Counted from the stretch's first letter, positions 1-10,221 are shown. The stretch is DNA of 64,000 bases from an uncultured Prevotella sp. (GCA_900318625.1 ONLG01000002.1:11734-75733); one strand, 5' to 3'. Translations and numbers: made by a program. Notes: a model not told the origin generated them from the sequence alone.

Positions 1-557
1 CGGCTGCGGTCAAGACGCGGCTTCACATAGAGCTTTGCCATGAGCCATATCACCGCTATGGCAACCAGAACGAGGTACCAGTGCTTGCCCGTCTCCCAGA
101 GAATGGTCTTGCCAACGACACCTTGCTCGTTGGCAAACTCCTGAAACACGGAGGTGGTGGTGCGGCGGAGGATGTACGGGAAGTAGACGGAGTCGGCCAC
201 GTTGATGATGAAGCACAGGCTGTTGGCTACCATGAACACCCACTTGCACACCTTATTATATATATTGTTCTCCTTCAGCCACAGTGGGAAAAGCATCATC
301 ACGATATACGGAATGTTGCTGTAGACGATGGCCGAACGGTCGAACATCCATCCTCCGGCGAAGATTTGCCAGAGGTATGAGGCCGAGAGATGGCCGCTGA
401 AGTAGCTGTAGTTCTCTAAGAGATACACCACGCGGGCCACGAAATAGGTGCCCAGTGCAATCAGCAGGTTGAGCAACAAGGCTATGTAAGGGCCGAAGAA
501 GCTGCCCATCAGGCGGCTGAAGATATTGTTCTTTACTGTCATATATGTGCTTTCCAT
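1..557 (-). CDS. LTA synthase/sulfatase-family membrane protein, N-terminal part (runs off window)
   Basis: Manual translation from ATG 557: MESTYMTVKNNIFSRL...GWMFDRSAIVY...NVADSVYFPYILRRTT, multi-TM, open to base 1. Not in the ORF track. Confidence 0.75.
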   Translation of the reverse strand, partial: MESTYMTVKNNIFSRLMGSFFGPYIALLLNLLIALGTYFVARVVYLLENYSYFSGHLSASYLWQIFAGGWMFDRSAIVYSNIPYIVMMLFPLWLKENNIYNKVCKWVFMVANSLCFIINVADSVYFPYILRRTTTSVFQEFANEQGVVGKTILWETGKHWYLVLVAIAVIWLMAKLYVKPRLDRS

Positions 558-585
558 TATACATTCTCAATTAGCGTAGCGCCAT

Positions 586-2415
586 TTATATCGCCTGCAT
601 GTCGTGGAGCTTCTTGTAGTAGCCGTCTTTCTGTATCAGCTCCTCGTGGGTGCCGCGCTCCACGATGCTTCCTTCGTGGACCACGCAAATCTCGTCGGCG
701 TTGCGAATTGTCGACAGACGGTGGGCAATGGCTACCGTGGTGCGGGTCTTCATAAGCCTTTCCAGCGCGTCCTGAACAAGCCGCTCGCTCTCGGTATCGA
801 GCGCCGAGGTTGCCTCGTCGAGTATAAGGATGGGAGGATTCTTCAGAATGGCGCGCGCAATGCTTACCCGCTGCCTCTGTCCTCCGCTCAGACGACCACC
901 CCGGTCGCCTATCGACGTGTCGTAGCCAGCCTCGCTCTGCATGATGAACTCATGCGCATTGGCGATGCGGGCGGCCTCTTCCACCTGCTCCTGAGTGGCA
1001 TTGTCTACACCGAAAGTGATGTTGTTGCGGAACGAATCGTTGAAAAGGATGGCCTCCTGGTTGACGTTTCCTATCAGCTGACGCAGGTCGTGGAGCCCCA
1101 GGTCCTTGACGTTGATGCCGTCGATAAGCACCTCTCCCTTCTGCACATCGTAGTAACGTGGTATCAGGTCGACCATTGTCGACTTGCCGCTGCCGCTCTG
1201 CCCCACCAGCGCAATGGTCTTTCCCTTGGGTATGACGAGGTTGATGTCCTTGAGCACCCACTGCTCTCCGTAGCGGAACGACACGTGGCGGAACTCTATC
1301 TGATGGTCGAATGAGTCGATGTGGGTGGGGTTAGGCTTCTCGCGGATGGTGTTCTCGGCCCGCAGTATCTTGTCTACGCGCTCCATCGAAGCCAGTCCCT
1401 TGGGTATGCTGTAGCCTGCCTTGGCAAATTCTTTCAGCGGGTTGATGATGGAGTAGAGTATCACCATATAATATATAAAGGTGGGACCAGAGAGCGTTTC
1501 GTACTTCAGCACGAGCAGACCGCCGAACCACAGCACGATGACAATCATCACCGTGCCGAGGAACTCGCTCATGGGGTGGGCCAGCGACTGCCTCATAGCC
1601 ACTCGGATAAGGTTCTGCCGATAGGTGGAATTGATGTTGTCGAAGCGTCGGTTCATCTTGTCCTCGGCACAGAACGCCTTTATGATGCGCAGTCCGCCCA
1701 GCGTTTCCTCCACCTGCGACATGGTGTCGCTCCACATCTGCTGCGCCTGTGCCGACTGCGCCTTCAGCTTTCGGCCAACAAGGCCCATAATCCAGCCCAT
1801 CAGCGGCACAATGAGCAGTGTGAAGAGAGTGAGCTGCCATGAGATGACGAGCAGCGTAGTGAAGTATGCTATGATAAGTACGGGGTTCTTGAAGAGCATA
1901 TCGAGGCTCGACATTATCGATGCTTCGACCTCTCCCACGTCGCCCGTCATGCGTGCAATGATGTCGCCCTTGCGCTCGGAAGTGAAGAAACCGAGCGGCA
2001 GCGAGGTGATTTTCTCGTAGAGCTGGTTGCGTATGTCGCGCACTATACCCGTGCGCAGGGGCACTATCATGGCCGAGGTGAGGAAGTAGCACCCGGTCTT
2101 GAGCAGTGTGGTGACAGCCAGAAACATTCCTATCATCAGCAGCGTGGCCGTCTGTCCGTAGTCGTCGATGAGTCCGCTGACGTAGTAGTTCATGTTGTTC
2201 ATGGCCACCGTCTGCACGTTGTTCCAGTCCCACGCCATATAGCCTGCGGCCTGCTGTGCCTCGCCGGTCTTGAAGATAATCTGCAATATGGGTATCAGGG
2301 CAGCAAAGGAAAAGATATTGAGCACCGCCGAAAGTACGTTGAACAATATCGACAGCCCCAGAAACTTCTTGTAGGGAGGCACAAACCGCCTCAGCACTTG
2401 TATGAATTCTTTCAT
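586..2415 (-). CDS. ABC transporter permease/ATPase, MsbA-like
   Basis: TM domain followed by Walker A GQSGSGKS, LSGGQRQR signature and ILDEATSALD. Confidence 0.92.
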   Translation of the reverse strand: MKEFIQVLRRFVPPYKKFLGLSILFNVLSAVLNIFSFAALIPILQIIFKTGEAQQAAGYMAWDWNNVQTVAMNNMNYYVSGLIDDYGQTATLLMIGMFLAVTTLLKTGCYFLTSAMIVPLRTGIVRDIRNQLYEKITSLPLGFFTSERKGDIIARMTGDVGEVEASIMSSLDMLFKNPVLIIAYFTTLLVISWQLTLFTLLIVPLMGWIMGLVGRKLKAQSAQAQQMWSDTMSQVEETLGGLRIIKAFCAEDKMNRRFDNINSTYRQNLIRVAMRQSLAHPMSEFLGTVMIVIVLWFGGLLVLKYETLSGPTFIYYMVILYSIINPLKEFAKAGYSIPKGLASMERVDKILRAENTIREKPNPTHIDSFDHQIEFRHVSFRYGEQWVLKDINLVIPKGKTIALVGQSGSGKSTMVDLIPRYYDVQKGEVLIDGINVKDLGLHDLRQLIGNVNQEAILFNDSFRNNITFGVDNATQEQVEEAARIANAHEFIMQSEAGYDTSIGDRGGRLSGGQRQRVSIARAILKNPPILILDEATSALDTESERLVQDALERLMKTRTTVAIAHRLSTIRNADEICVVHEGSIVERGTHEELIQKDGYYKKLHDMQAI

Positions 2416-2427
2416 TGTCTCTTTATT

Positions 2428-2989
2428 TTTGTTTTTCTACGGAGATTAGGAGAATTGGAGGTTTTATTGTTTTTCTCCTTCGTCCAGCCCCTCTGACTTA
2501 TACAAATGGTTACGAACTGGCCGTATGCTTCCCTTTAAGTAGCTTGTATTAAAGTTTACTACATATCCCATTTCGCAGTTCATAAGTCTCAGATAGGTGT
2601 AGAGTTGTTTTTCAAATACCTTTTTATATTCTATTACTGACTTTATTTTATTATTATTTTGCGGTCAATTATCAAATCTAAGCGCAGATTGCTGGCTATT
2701 ATCTCACCTTTATAGTAGACTGGCACTTCCACTTGGCTTTCCACTTTGAAGCCGTTCGCCATGAGTTCCTTTGTCAATGCTGCCTCATAGATGCTCTCCA
2801 ACAATCCTGGACCTAACTGATTATATACTTCATACACGCAAGACAGCACTCTGTATGTATATTCTCTGCCCATCTGTAATTCCTTATAAATAAAGATTTA
2901 AGACTCCTAAGCTCCTACTCTCCGCAGAGAAATAACAGCAAGATAAAAAAAAGAAGAACTCCACAGCTCCAAATCTCCGTAGAAACAAA
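2428..2989. repeat. Imperfect ~33-bp inverted repeats bracketing the GxxExxY gene
   Basis: 2428-2463 tttgtttttctacggagattaggagaattggaggtt vs reverse complement of 2957-2989 tttgtttctacggagatttggagctgtggagtt. Third partial copy at 2901-2930. Confidence 0.85.
2464..2873 (-). pseudogene. GxxExxY protein, frameshifted
   Basis: GPGLLESIYE motif. ORF stops at 2643, but a shifted frame continues IKSVIEYKKVFEKQLYTYLRLMNCEMGYVVNF to a stop at 2464. Confidence 0.85.
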
Positions 2990-2991
2990 GG

Positions 2992-4413
2992 TCAGAGGGC
3001 CTCGCCGAAGAGCGTTGCGCTGGTGGAGCTTGTTATCTTCACCTTCACTGTCTGGCCCGTGTGATAGCCCTTGCGGTCGAACACCACCATCTTGTTCTGG
3101 CCCGTCCTGCCACACAGCTGTTCGCGACTGCGCTTGCTGGGACCCTCTACGAGCACCTCCATCACCTTGCCCTCGTCGCGGCGGTTGGCCTCCTGGCTGA
3201 GCTCGGTCTGCAGTTCTATCATCTCGGCAAGGCGGCGCAGCTTCACCTCCTCGGGCACATCGTCGGGCAGATGGCGCGAGGCGTAGGTGCCGGGGCGTTC
3301 AGAATACTTGAACATAAAGGCCGAGTCGTAGCCCACTTCGCGCATCAGCGAGAGGCTCAACTGGTGGTCTTCCTCGGTCTCGCTGTGATAACCGACGAAT
3401 ATGTCGGTGGTTATCGAGCAGTCGGGCACTATGCGCCGTATGGCAGCCACGCGCTCCAGATACCACTCGCGGGTGTAGTGGCGGTTCATCAGTTTGAGTA
3501 TTCGGTTGCTGCCGCTCTGCACAGGCAGGTGGATATGCCTGCACACGTTGGGCATCTGGGCTATCACGCGCAGCGTTTCGTCGCTCATGTCCTTCGGATG
3601 CGAGGTAGTGAAGCGCACGCGCATGGGTGCTGCGGCCTCGGCAACGAGCCTCAGCAGCTCGGGGAAGCCCACGCCGGATGCTGAGCGGTATGAGTTGACG
3701 TTCTGTCCGAGCAGCGTCACCTCCTTGAAACCGCGGTCGCGAAGGTCCTGAACCTCGCGCAGTATGCTCTCTACGTCGCGCGAACGCTCGCGTCCACGGG
3801 TGTAGGGCACTATGCAGTAGTGGCAGAAGTTGTTGCATCCGCGCATTATGCTCACGAAGCCGCCTATGCGCTGACCGTGGAGACGCATCGGAACGATGTC
3901 GCGATAGGTCTCCGTGGTCGACAGTTCGGTGTTGATGGCTTTCTGTCCAAGCTCAGCCTGCGCTATCAGGTCGGGCAGCGACAGGTAGCTGTCGGGGCCT
4001 GCAACGAGGTCGCAGTGGTGGTTTTCGAGCAGGTCGTCCTTCACCCGCTCGGCCATACAGCCCAGCACGCCGATGATAAGATTGCCGCCATTGGCCGCCC
4101 CGTGGGTGGAGATGCCGCCTTCAGCCTCCCCTTTGGCAGAAGAAGCGTCACTCCCCCCTCCCTTGGGGAGGGGTTGGGGGTGGGTTTGGGGTTGGCTTTT
4201 CCTCTTGCGCTTCACCGCAGCAAGGGCCTCGAGGCGCTTGTAAATCTTGTTTTCTGCATTTTCGCGAACGCTGCACGTGTTGAGGAACACGGCATCGGCC
4301 TCGTCGAGGCTGTCAGTTGTTTCGTAACCAGCCATCTTCATCACCGAGGCAACCACCTCGGAGTCGGCAACGTTCATCTGGCAACCGTAGGTTTCAATAT
4401 ATAGTTTCTTCAT
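2992..4413 (-). CDS. miaB: tRNA methylthiotransferase MiaB
   Basis: YIETYGCQMN start, radical SAM CNNFCHYC, C-terminal TRAM domain. Start set at MKKLY. Confidence 0.95.
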   Translation of the reverse strand: MKKLYIETYGCQMNVADSEVVASVMKMAGYETTDSLDEADAVFLNTCSVRENAENKIYKRLEALAAVKRKRKSQPQTHPQPLPKGGGSDASSAKGEAEGGISTHGAANGGNLIIGVLGCMAERVKDDLLENHHCDLVAGPDSYLSLPDLIAQAELGQKAINTELSTTETYRDIVPMRLHGQRIGGFVSIMRGCNNFCHYCIVPYTRGRERSRDVESILREVQDLRDRGFKEVTLLGQNVNSYRSASGVGFPELLRLVAEAAAPMRVRFTTSHPKDMSDETLRVIAQMPNVCRHIHLPVQSGSNRILKLMNRHYTREWYLERVAAIRRIVPDCSITTDIFVGYHSETEEDHQLSLSLMREVGYDSAFMFKYSERPGTYASRHLPDDVPEEVKLRRLAEMIELQTELSQEANRRDEGKVMEVLVEGPSKRSREQLCGRTGQNKMVVFDRKGYHTGQTVKVKITSSTSATLFGEAL

Positions 4414-4524
4414 GCCAATGCTCTTTATCGGCTGCAAAGGTAGTGTAAACCAAAGACAAAGCCAAATCAATCAGCCCTTTTCAGAATAGCACCCACGTAG
4501 TTGCAGAAAACCAATATGGTAGCG

Positions 4525-4598
4525 GCAGCAAAGTAATATGGGCCATATTACTGACCAATATGGGCCATATTACTGACCAATATGAGTCATATTACTTT
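4525..4598. repeat. 22-bp palindromic tandem repeat (family B), 3 units
   Basis: aatatgggccatattactgacc x3, beginning gcagcaaagtaatatg. Confidence 0.9.
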
Positions 4599-4605
4599 AC
4601 CCGCA

Positions 4606-6117
4606 TTACTTTAGATACTCAGAGAAGTCGGTCAGGCGCATATCGCCCTTGCGCAGATAGGTGTCGTGGAAGGCCAGTGCAGCCTGCATCGACTGCGGCT
4701 CGTGGCCTCGCGGAGCAATATGCTTGACATAGTCGCGCAGCAACGGGCGGTATTCGGGATGCGCACAGTTCTCTATTATCTCGTGGGCGCGGTGCAGCGG
4801 ACCCTTTCCGCGCAGGTCGGCCACGCCCTGCTCGGTGACGATGATGTCCACGTCGTGCTCCGTGGAGTCCACGTGGCAGCACATGGGCACGATGGCCGAA
4901 ATCTTTCCGCCCTTGGCAGTAGAGGGAGTGGTGAATATCGAGATGTAGCCGTTGCGCTCGTAGTCGCACGAGCCGCCTATGCCGTTCATCAGCGCCGAGC
5001 CGCAGACGTGGCTCGAGTTCTCGTTGCCGTAGATGTCGCACTCCAGAGCGGTGTTCAGAGCTATCACACCGAGGCGGCGTATCACCTCGGGCGAGTTGGC
5101 AATCTCGCTCTGTCGCAGGGTGAGATGCTTCGAGAAGTAGTCTATGTTGTCGTAGACCAGCTTCAGCTGCTCGTTGGTGACGGTCATGGCCGTTGCCGAG
5201 GCGTTGATGATCTTGCCCTCCATCATATAGTGTATGGCTGCGTCCTGCACCACTTCGCTGAACACGTGGAAGCGCGGGATAAGCGGCGATGCTGCCAATG
5301 CCTTGAACACGGCATTGCCCGTGGCTCCCACACCGCTCTGTATGGGCAGGAACTGGCTCGGTATGCGTCCTGCGCGCATATCGCCAGCCAACAGCTCGGC
5401 CACGTTCTGGCCTATCTGCGTGGTGGCTTCGTCGGGTTCGTTGAAGCTACGAGCCTCTTCGGGGATGTTGCACTCCACCACGCCGGCTATCTTCCATGCG
5501 TCGATGGCTATGAAGTTGTCGCCCACGCGGTCGTAGGGCGACAGCACCGGGATGGGCTGGCGTCCGAAGCCGCACTCCATGGGCTCGAACGTGTCGTGAA
5601 GCAGGCGCGAGTTGGGGCTGTGGAAGCTGTTGCGCTCGATGATGATGCGCTTGGCGAGCCGCACTATGGTGGCGGCGATGCCTCCGGCAGAGGTCAGGTA
5701 AGCCTTGCAGATGTCCTGTCCCTCGACCATGTCGCTCACTTCGATGATGGCCCAGTCTATTTCGCCGTAGAAGTTGCGCCTCAGCCGCTCGGCCATGTGG
5801 CCCAGATGCATGTCCTCATACTCTATCTCGCCCAGGTTGGTATGCTGGCGGAAGTCCTTGTTGGTGCTGAAGGGAGCGCGGAAGCGCAGTGCGCCCGCCG
5901 CAGCCATGTCGCCTTCGATGCTCTGGCAGGTGGAAGCGCCGGTGAGTATGCCCACGCCGAACTCCTCTCCACGGTCGTGGAGCAGCCTGGCACGCTTAGA
6001 AAGTTCCCGGAAAGTGGCCTTCGGGCACCCACTGGGAGTGAAGCCCGAAAGAGCAAGAGTGTCTTTGTCGTTGATCATTGCCGCAGCTTCGGCGGCAGTT
6101 ATCCGTGAGTAAGCCAT
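4606..6117 (-). CDS. Acetyl-CoA hydrolase/succinate CoA-transferase family
   Basis: SGFTPSGCPK, PIQSGVG, SEVVQD, MNGIGGSCDY, IVTEQGVADLRG motifs. Confidence 0.92.
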   Translation of the reverse strand: MAYSRITAAEAAAMINDKDTLALSGFTPSGCPKATFRELSKRARLLHDRGEEFGVGILTGASTCQSIEGDMAAAGALRFRAPFSTNKDFRQHTNLGEIEYEDMHLGHMAERLRRNFYGEIDWAIIEVSDMVEGQDICKAYLTSAGGIAATIVRLAKRIIIERNSFHSPNSRLLHDTFEPMECGFGRQPIPVLSPYDRVGDNFIAIDAWKIAGVVECNIPEEARSFNEPDEATTQIGQNVAELLAGDMRAGRIPSQFLPIQSGVGATGNAVFKALAASPLIPRFHVFSEVVQDAAIHYMMEGKIINASATAMTVTNEQLKLVYDNIDYFSKHLTLRQSEIANSPEVIRRLGVIALNTALECDIYGNENSSHVCGSALMNGIGGSCDYERNGYISIFTTPSTAKGGKISAIVPMCCHVDSTEHDVDIIVTEQGVADLRGKGPLHRAHEIIENCAHPEYRPLLRDYVKHIAPRGHEPQSMQAALAFHDTYLRKGDMRLTDFSEYLK

Positions 6118-6200
6118 TGTGTGTTGATAGAATTACAGTGCGCAAAGGTACGTTTTTTTTCCAATATATTGGCAATAAAGCAGATAAAAAGCACCACGAG

Positions 6201-6304
6201 GCAAAGTAATATGAGCCATATTACCTTGCTATAGGGCTTATAGGTCTGGCCCATAAGTCCTATAAGCCTCATAAGCCCTATAAGCCCTTTATGCCCTATT
6301 ACCC
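6201..6304. repeat. Family B palindrome followed by a 9-bp ATAAGCCCN array (family C)
   Basis: gcaaagtaatatgagccatattaccttgc, then atagggcttatagg...ataagtcct ataagcctc ataagccct ataagcc. Confidence 0.85.
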
Positions 6305-6377
6305 ACTCTCTGCCAAACTTCATATAAGTTACTTTCGCTCAACAAAGCAAAAAAACAACAACTTTTGGTTATTATTT

Positions 6378-6408
6378 TTTGCTCTGTCTTCGCTTAGTCG
6401 TAACTTTG
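6378..6408 (+). promoter_or_regulatory. Bacteroidota primary-sigma promoter of cysS
   Basis: TTTG-19 nt-TAACTTTG. Confidence 0.7.
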
Positions 6409-6450
6409 CGAGCGATAAACTAAACGTAAGTGAAACATAATAATAATACA

Positions 6451-7944
6451 ATGATGCAGCAACCGCTATTGATATACAACACCCTTAGCCGCTCGAAGGA
6501 GCGTTTCGAGCCCATCAATCCGCCCCACGTGGGCATGTACGTGTGTGGTCCCACCGTCTATGGCGACCCCCATCTGGGCCATGCGCGCCCGGCAATCACC
6601 TTCGACGTGCTCTTCCGCTACCTCCGCCACCTGGGCTACAAGGTGCGCTACGTGCGTAACATCACCGACGTGGGCCATCTGGAGCACGATGCCGACGAGG
6701 GCGAGGACAAGATAGCCAAGAAGGCACGCCTCGAACAGCTCGAGCCGATGGAGATAGCACAGTACTACACCAACCGCTACCACAAGGCAATGGATGCCCT
6801 CGGCGTGCTGCGCCCAAGCATAGAGCCCCATGCCACGGGACATATCATCGAGCAGGAAGAGCTGGTGAAGCAGATTATGGACAACGGGTTTGCCTACGAG
6901 TCGAACGGAAGCATCTACTTCGACATTGAAGCCTACAACCAGAAATACCGCTACGGAGTGCTCTCTGGCCGCACGCTCGAGAACATAAAGGATGCCTCGC
7001 GCGAGCTCGACGGCGTGGGCGAGAAGCACCATCAGGCCGACTTCGCACTGTGGAAGAAGGCTTCGCCCGAGCACATCATGCGCTGGCCGTCGCCCTGGAG
7101 CGACGGTTTCCCGGGCTGGCACTGCGAGTGTACGGCCATGGGACGCAAGTATCTGGGCCGCCGCTTCGACATCCACGGCGGCGGAATGGACCTCGTCTTC
7201 CCCCATCACGAGTGCGAGATAGCACAGGCCGTGGCTTCGCAGGGCGAACCGATGGTGAAATACTGGATGCACAACAACATGATTACCATCGGCGGACAGA
7301 AGATGGGCAAGTCGCTCGGCAACTTCATCACCCTGGAACAGTTCTTCACGGGCGACCACAAGCTGCTCTCGAAGCCCTACTCGCCCATGACGATACGCTT
7401 CTTCATTCTCTCGGCCCACTACCGCGGCACCGTTGACTTCTCCGACGAGGCACTCTCGGCCAGCGAGCGGGGACTCGACCGCCTGCTCACCGCACTGCAC
7501 GACCTCGACCGCATACAGCCTTCGGCCAGCTCCGACGGCGAGACCCACACCACAGCCACCGAGCTGCGGCAGAAGTGCTACGACGCCATGAACGACGACC
7601 TGGCCACTCCGCAGGTGATAAGCCACCTGTTCGAGGCTTGCTCGGTGGTGAACAAGCTTGTCGACCACAAGGCTACCATCAGCAGCGACGACCTCAGCGA
7701 GCTTGCCGAAACGATGCGCCTCTTTGCACACGACCTGCTTGGTCTGCAAGGCTCGCAGAACTCTGGCAGCGAGGCACGCGAGGAAGCGTTCGGCAAAGTG
7801 GTCGACATGGTGCTCGAACTGAGGGCCAAGGCCAAGGCCGCCAAGGACTGGGCAACGAGCGACCACATACGCGACGAACTGGCTCAGGCCGGCTTCGAGG
7901 TGAAGGACACCAAGGATGGTGCCACATGGAAGCTGAACAAGTAA
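6451..7944 (+). CDS. cysS: Cysteine--tRNA ligase
   Basis: [27 protein letters not shown]. Confidence 0.97.
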   Translation: MMQQPLLIYNTLSRSKERFEPINPPHVGMYVCGPTVYGDPHLGHARPAITFDVLFRYLRHLGYKVRYVRNITDVGHLEHDADEGEDKIAKKARLEQLEPMEIAQYYTNRYHKAMDALGVLRPSIEPHATGHIIEQEELVKQIMDNGFAYESNGSIYFDIEAYNQKYRYGVLSGRTLENIKDASRELDGVGEKHHQADFALWKKASPEHIMRWPSPWSDGFPGWHCECTAMGRKYLGRRFDIHGGGMDLVFPHHECEIAQAVASQGEPMVKYWMHNNMITIGGQKMGKSLGNFITLEQFFTGDHKLLSKPYSPMTIRFFILSAHYRGTVDFSDEALSASERGLDRLLTALHDLDRIQPSASSDGETHTTATELRQKCYDAMNDDLATPQVISHLFEACSVVNKLVDHKATISSDDLSELAETMRLFAHDLLGLQGSQNSGSEAREEAFGKVVDMVLELRAKAKAAKDWATSDHIRDELAQAGFEVKDTKDGATWKLNK

Positions 7945-7947
7945 AGC

Positions 7948-8113
7948 ACCCACCCCCACCCCATTCCCGAGCAAAGCTCGCCCGCTCGAACTTTGTTCGC
8001 TTGCATGAGCAAGAACCCGTAGCCTTTCCCCAAGGGAGGGGAGAGAGGTTTTTCTTCCCCCCAACGGGGGGACTGAGGGGGGCTTCAAGGGGGAACTGAG
8101 GGAGGCTTCCCCC
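7948..8113. repeat. Cluster of GC-rich REP-like palindromes (family A)
   Basis: tccccaagggagggg, cttcccccc-aacg-gggggactgagggggcttc, cgagcaaagctcg. Confidence 0.75.
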
Positions 8114-8136
8114 TCACCTAAATCTATCTAACCGAA

Positions 8137-10221
8137 ATGAGACGAACAGCAACGACACTCCTTTGCATACTTTTCGCCATGCTTTCACGGGCCTACGACG
8201 TCAAGGTGGGGCAACTCTGCTACGACATCGACGGCGGTGAGCTTACAGTGGTGCAGGGCGATGAGCCCTACACGGGCTACATCGTCATACCAGAGAGCGT
8301 GGAAGTCGACGGCCAGCAGCTCAGCGTGACTGCCATCGGGCAAAAAGCGTTCAACGCCTGCCTGTCGCTTTCGGGAGTGAAGCTGCCCGGCACACTGCGC
8401 ACCATAGGCCAGCAGGCTTTTGCCTCGTGTCCCAGGCTCTTGAGCATCAGCCTCGCCGAAGGATTGCTGACCATCGGCGACGCTGCCTTCTACGGCTGCC
8501 GGTCGCTCACGGAGATAACTATCCCGGCCTCGGTAACGTCGATTGGCGACGAGGCTTTCGTGGCGTGCAGCAGCATGAAGGCCATCAGCGTGGCACAGGA
8601 CAACAGCAACTATTCAAGCCTTTCGGGCGTGCTGTTCAGCAAAGACCGCCTCACGCTGCTGGCCTACCCTGCCGGCTGCGACGACATCTACTCCATTCCA
8701 TCGGGCATCACCACCATCGGGCCGTGGGCGTTCTGCCACTGCGCCAACCTGGAACAGGTGAGCCTGCCCAGCAGCGTGCGCCGCATCGGCCAGGCATCGT
8801 TCTACGGCTGCAAGAAGCTCTCGGCCATTCGCCTGCCTGCCGGGCTGTCGGCGATAGGGCTGTGGGCCTTCAGCGAGTGTGGCTCGCTGCGCCAAGTGAC
8901 TCTCCCCGCCTCGCTCGAGGAGCTGGGCGAAGGGGCGTTCAGCTTCTGCGAGGCTATGGAAGGCATCTACCTGGAGGCGGGAAACAGCCGCTTCAAGTCG
9001 GTCGACGGCGTGCTGCTCACAGCCGACGGCACGCGCGTGGTGGCTTTCCCGGGCGGCAGAGAGGGCAGCTACCGGCTGCCGTCGACGGTCGACTCGATAG
9101 GCTTGCAGGCGTTCTACGGCAGCAACAAGCTGCGCTCAGTGACCCTTCCCGAGAACCTTTCGCGAGTGGCAAGCAATCCCTTCGTGTTCTGCGACGGTCT
9201 GGAGGAAATACTCGTCGACCATGCCAACGGCTCGCTCAGCTCGCGCGACGGAGTGCTGCTGAGCCACGACTGCACACAGCTGCTCTACTATCCCAATGCC
9301 CGCAGCGGCCACTACCTCATGCCCGAGGGCATCACCGCCATCGGCCACGGCTCCTTCCTGCGCTCGGAGGGGCTCAGCCAGCTGTCGCTGCCCGCAACGC
9401 TCACAGAGATAGACCCCTGGACATTCCTCGACTGCACTGCCCTGAGCGAGATAAGCCTGCCCCGCAGCATTGCCGCCATTGGCCGTGAGGCGTTCGCCGG
9501 ATGCCGCAACTTGCAGCAGGTGGTATGTGGTGGCACTCCGCCCGAGGGCAGCAACTTCCTCACCGAGCAGCAAGCCACAGCGCGCCTCTTGGTGCCCATA
9601 GGCCAGAAGGCTGCCTACATGGGCAGCACGGGCTGGGGCGGTTTCGTCAATGCCGAGGAATATGGTCTGCAAAGCCATGCCCTGACGATAGAGCAAGGCT
9701 GCCGCCAGATGCTGACCGTGGGCCAGACAGGGTCGCTGATGCTTGCCGCCAACGAATTGCAGCTGACCTTTCCCGAGGGAATAGCCATAGCCACCGACAA
9801 TCAGGGCAACTATATCGTGGCACAGACCACGGGCGACGGCTCGCCATCGTGCCGCAAGCTGTCGGACAACAGCTATGCCATAAGCCTCAGCCCGGCTGCT
9901 CCCACCACCACCGACCTGCTGACGATAGCTCTCGAGGCTACTGTCGACTGCCCTACGGGTGCCCACACCATTGCCCTCGACAAGGCTACGCTCAGCTACA
10001 AGGCTGCTGCGGTGGGCGGCGAAGCCCTTCAACTCGCCACACTATTGCCCATCGAGGTAACGGCAAGCACCGACATAGACACCATCAACCACTCTGAAAA
10101 AACTCCAGACACCACCATCTACAACCTGCAGGGCGTGGCCGTGGGCCGCAACAAGCACGACTACGAGTTGCTGCCACCTGGCGTGTATATCGTGAATGGG
10201 AAGAAAGTAGTTAAGCAATGA
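8137..10221 (+). CDS. BspA-type leucine-rich-repeat surface protein with T9SS C-terminal domain
   Basis: Signal peptide, many LPxxLxxIGxxAFxxC repeats, C-terminus IYNLQG...PGVYIVNGKKVVKQ. Confidence 0.9.
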   Translation: MRRTATTLLCILFAMLSRAYDVKVGQLCYDIDGGELTVVQGDEPYTGYIVIPESVEVDGQQLSVTAIGQKAFNACLSLSGVKLPGTLRTIGQQAFASCPRLLSISLAEGLLTIGDAAFYGCRSLTEITIPASVTSIGDEAFVACSSMKAISVAQDNSNYSSLSGVLFSKDRLTLLAYPAGCDDIYSIPSGITTIGPWAFCHCANLEQVSLPSSVRRIGQASFYGCKKLSAIRLPAGLSAIGLWAFSECGSLRQVTLPASLEELGEGAFSFCEAMEGIYLEAGNSRFKSVDGVLLTADGTRVVAFPGGREGSYRLPSTVDSIGLQAFYGSNKLRSVTLPENLSRVASNPFVFCDGLEEILVDHANGSLSSRDGVLLSHDCTQLLYYPNARSGHYLMPEGITAIGHGSFLRSEGLSQLSLPATLTEIDPWTFLDCTALSEISLPRSIAAIGREAFAGCRNLQQVVCGGTPPEGSNFLTEQQATARLLVPIGQKAAYMGSTGWGGFVNAEEYGLQSHALTIEQGCRQMLTVGQTGSLMLAANELQLTFPEGIAIATDNQGNYIVAQTTGDGSPSCRKLSDNSYAISLSPAAPTTTDLLTIALEATVDCPTGAHTIALDKATLSYKAAAVGGEALQLATLLPIEVTASTDIDTINHSEKTPDTTIYNLQGVAVGRNKHDYELLPPGVYIVNGKKVVKQ

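Noticed and set aside
256-570. 104-aa and 79-aa minus ORFs at the window start
   Set aside because: Wrong frames of the membrane protein gene starting at 557
6466-8088. Long antisense ORFs (also 4666, 25110, 37870, 53903 and others)
   Set aside because: Shadows of GC-rich genes with no motifs of their own
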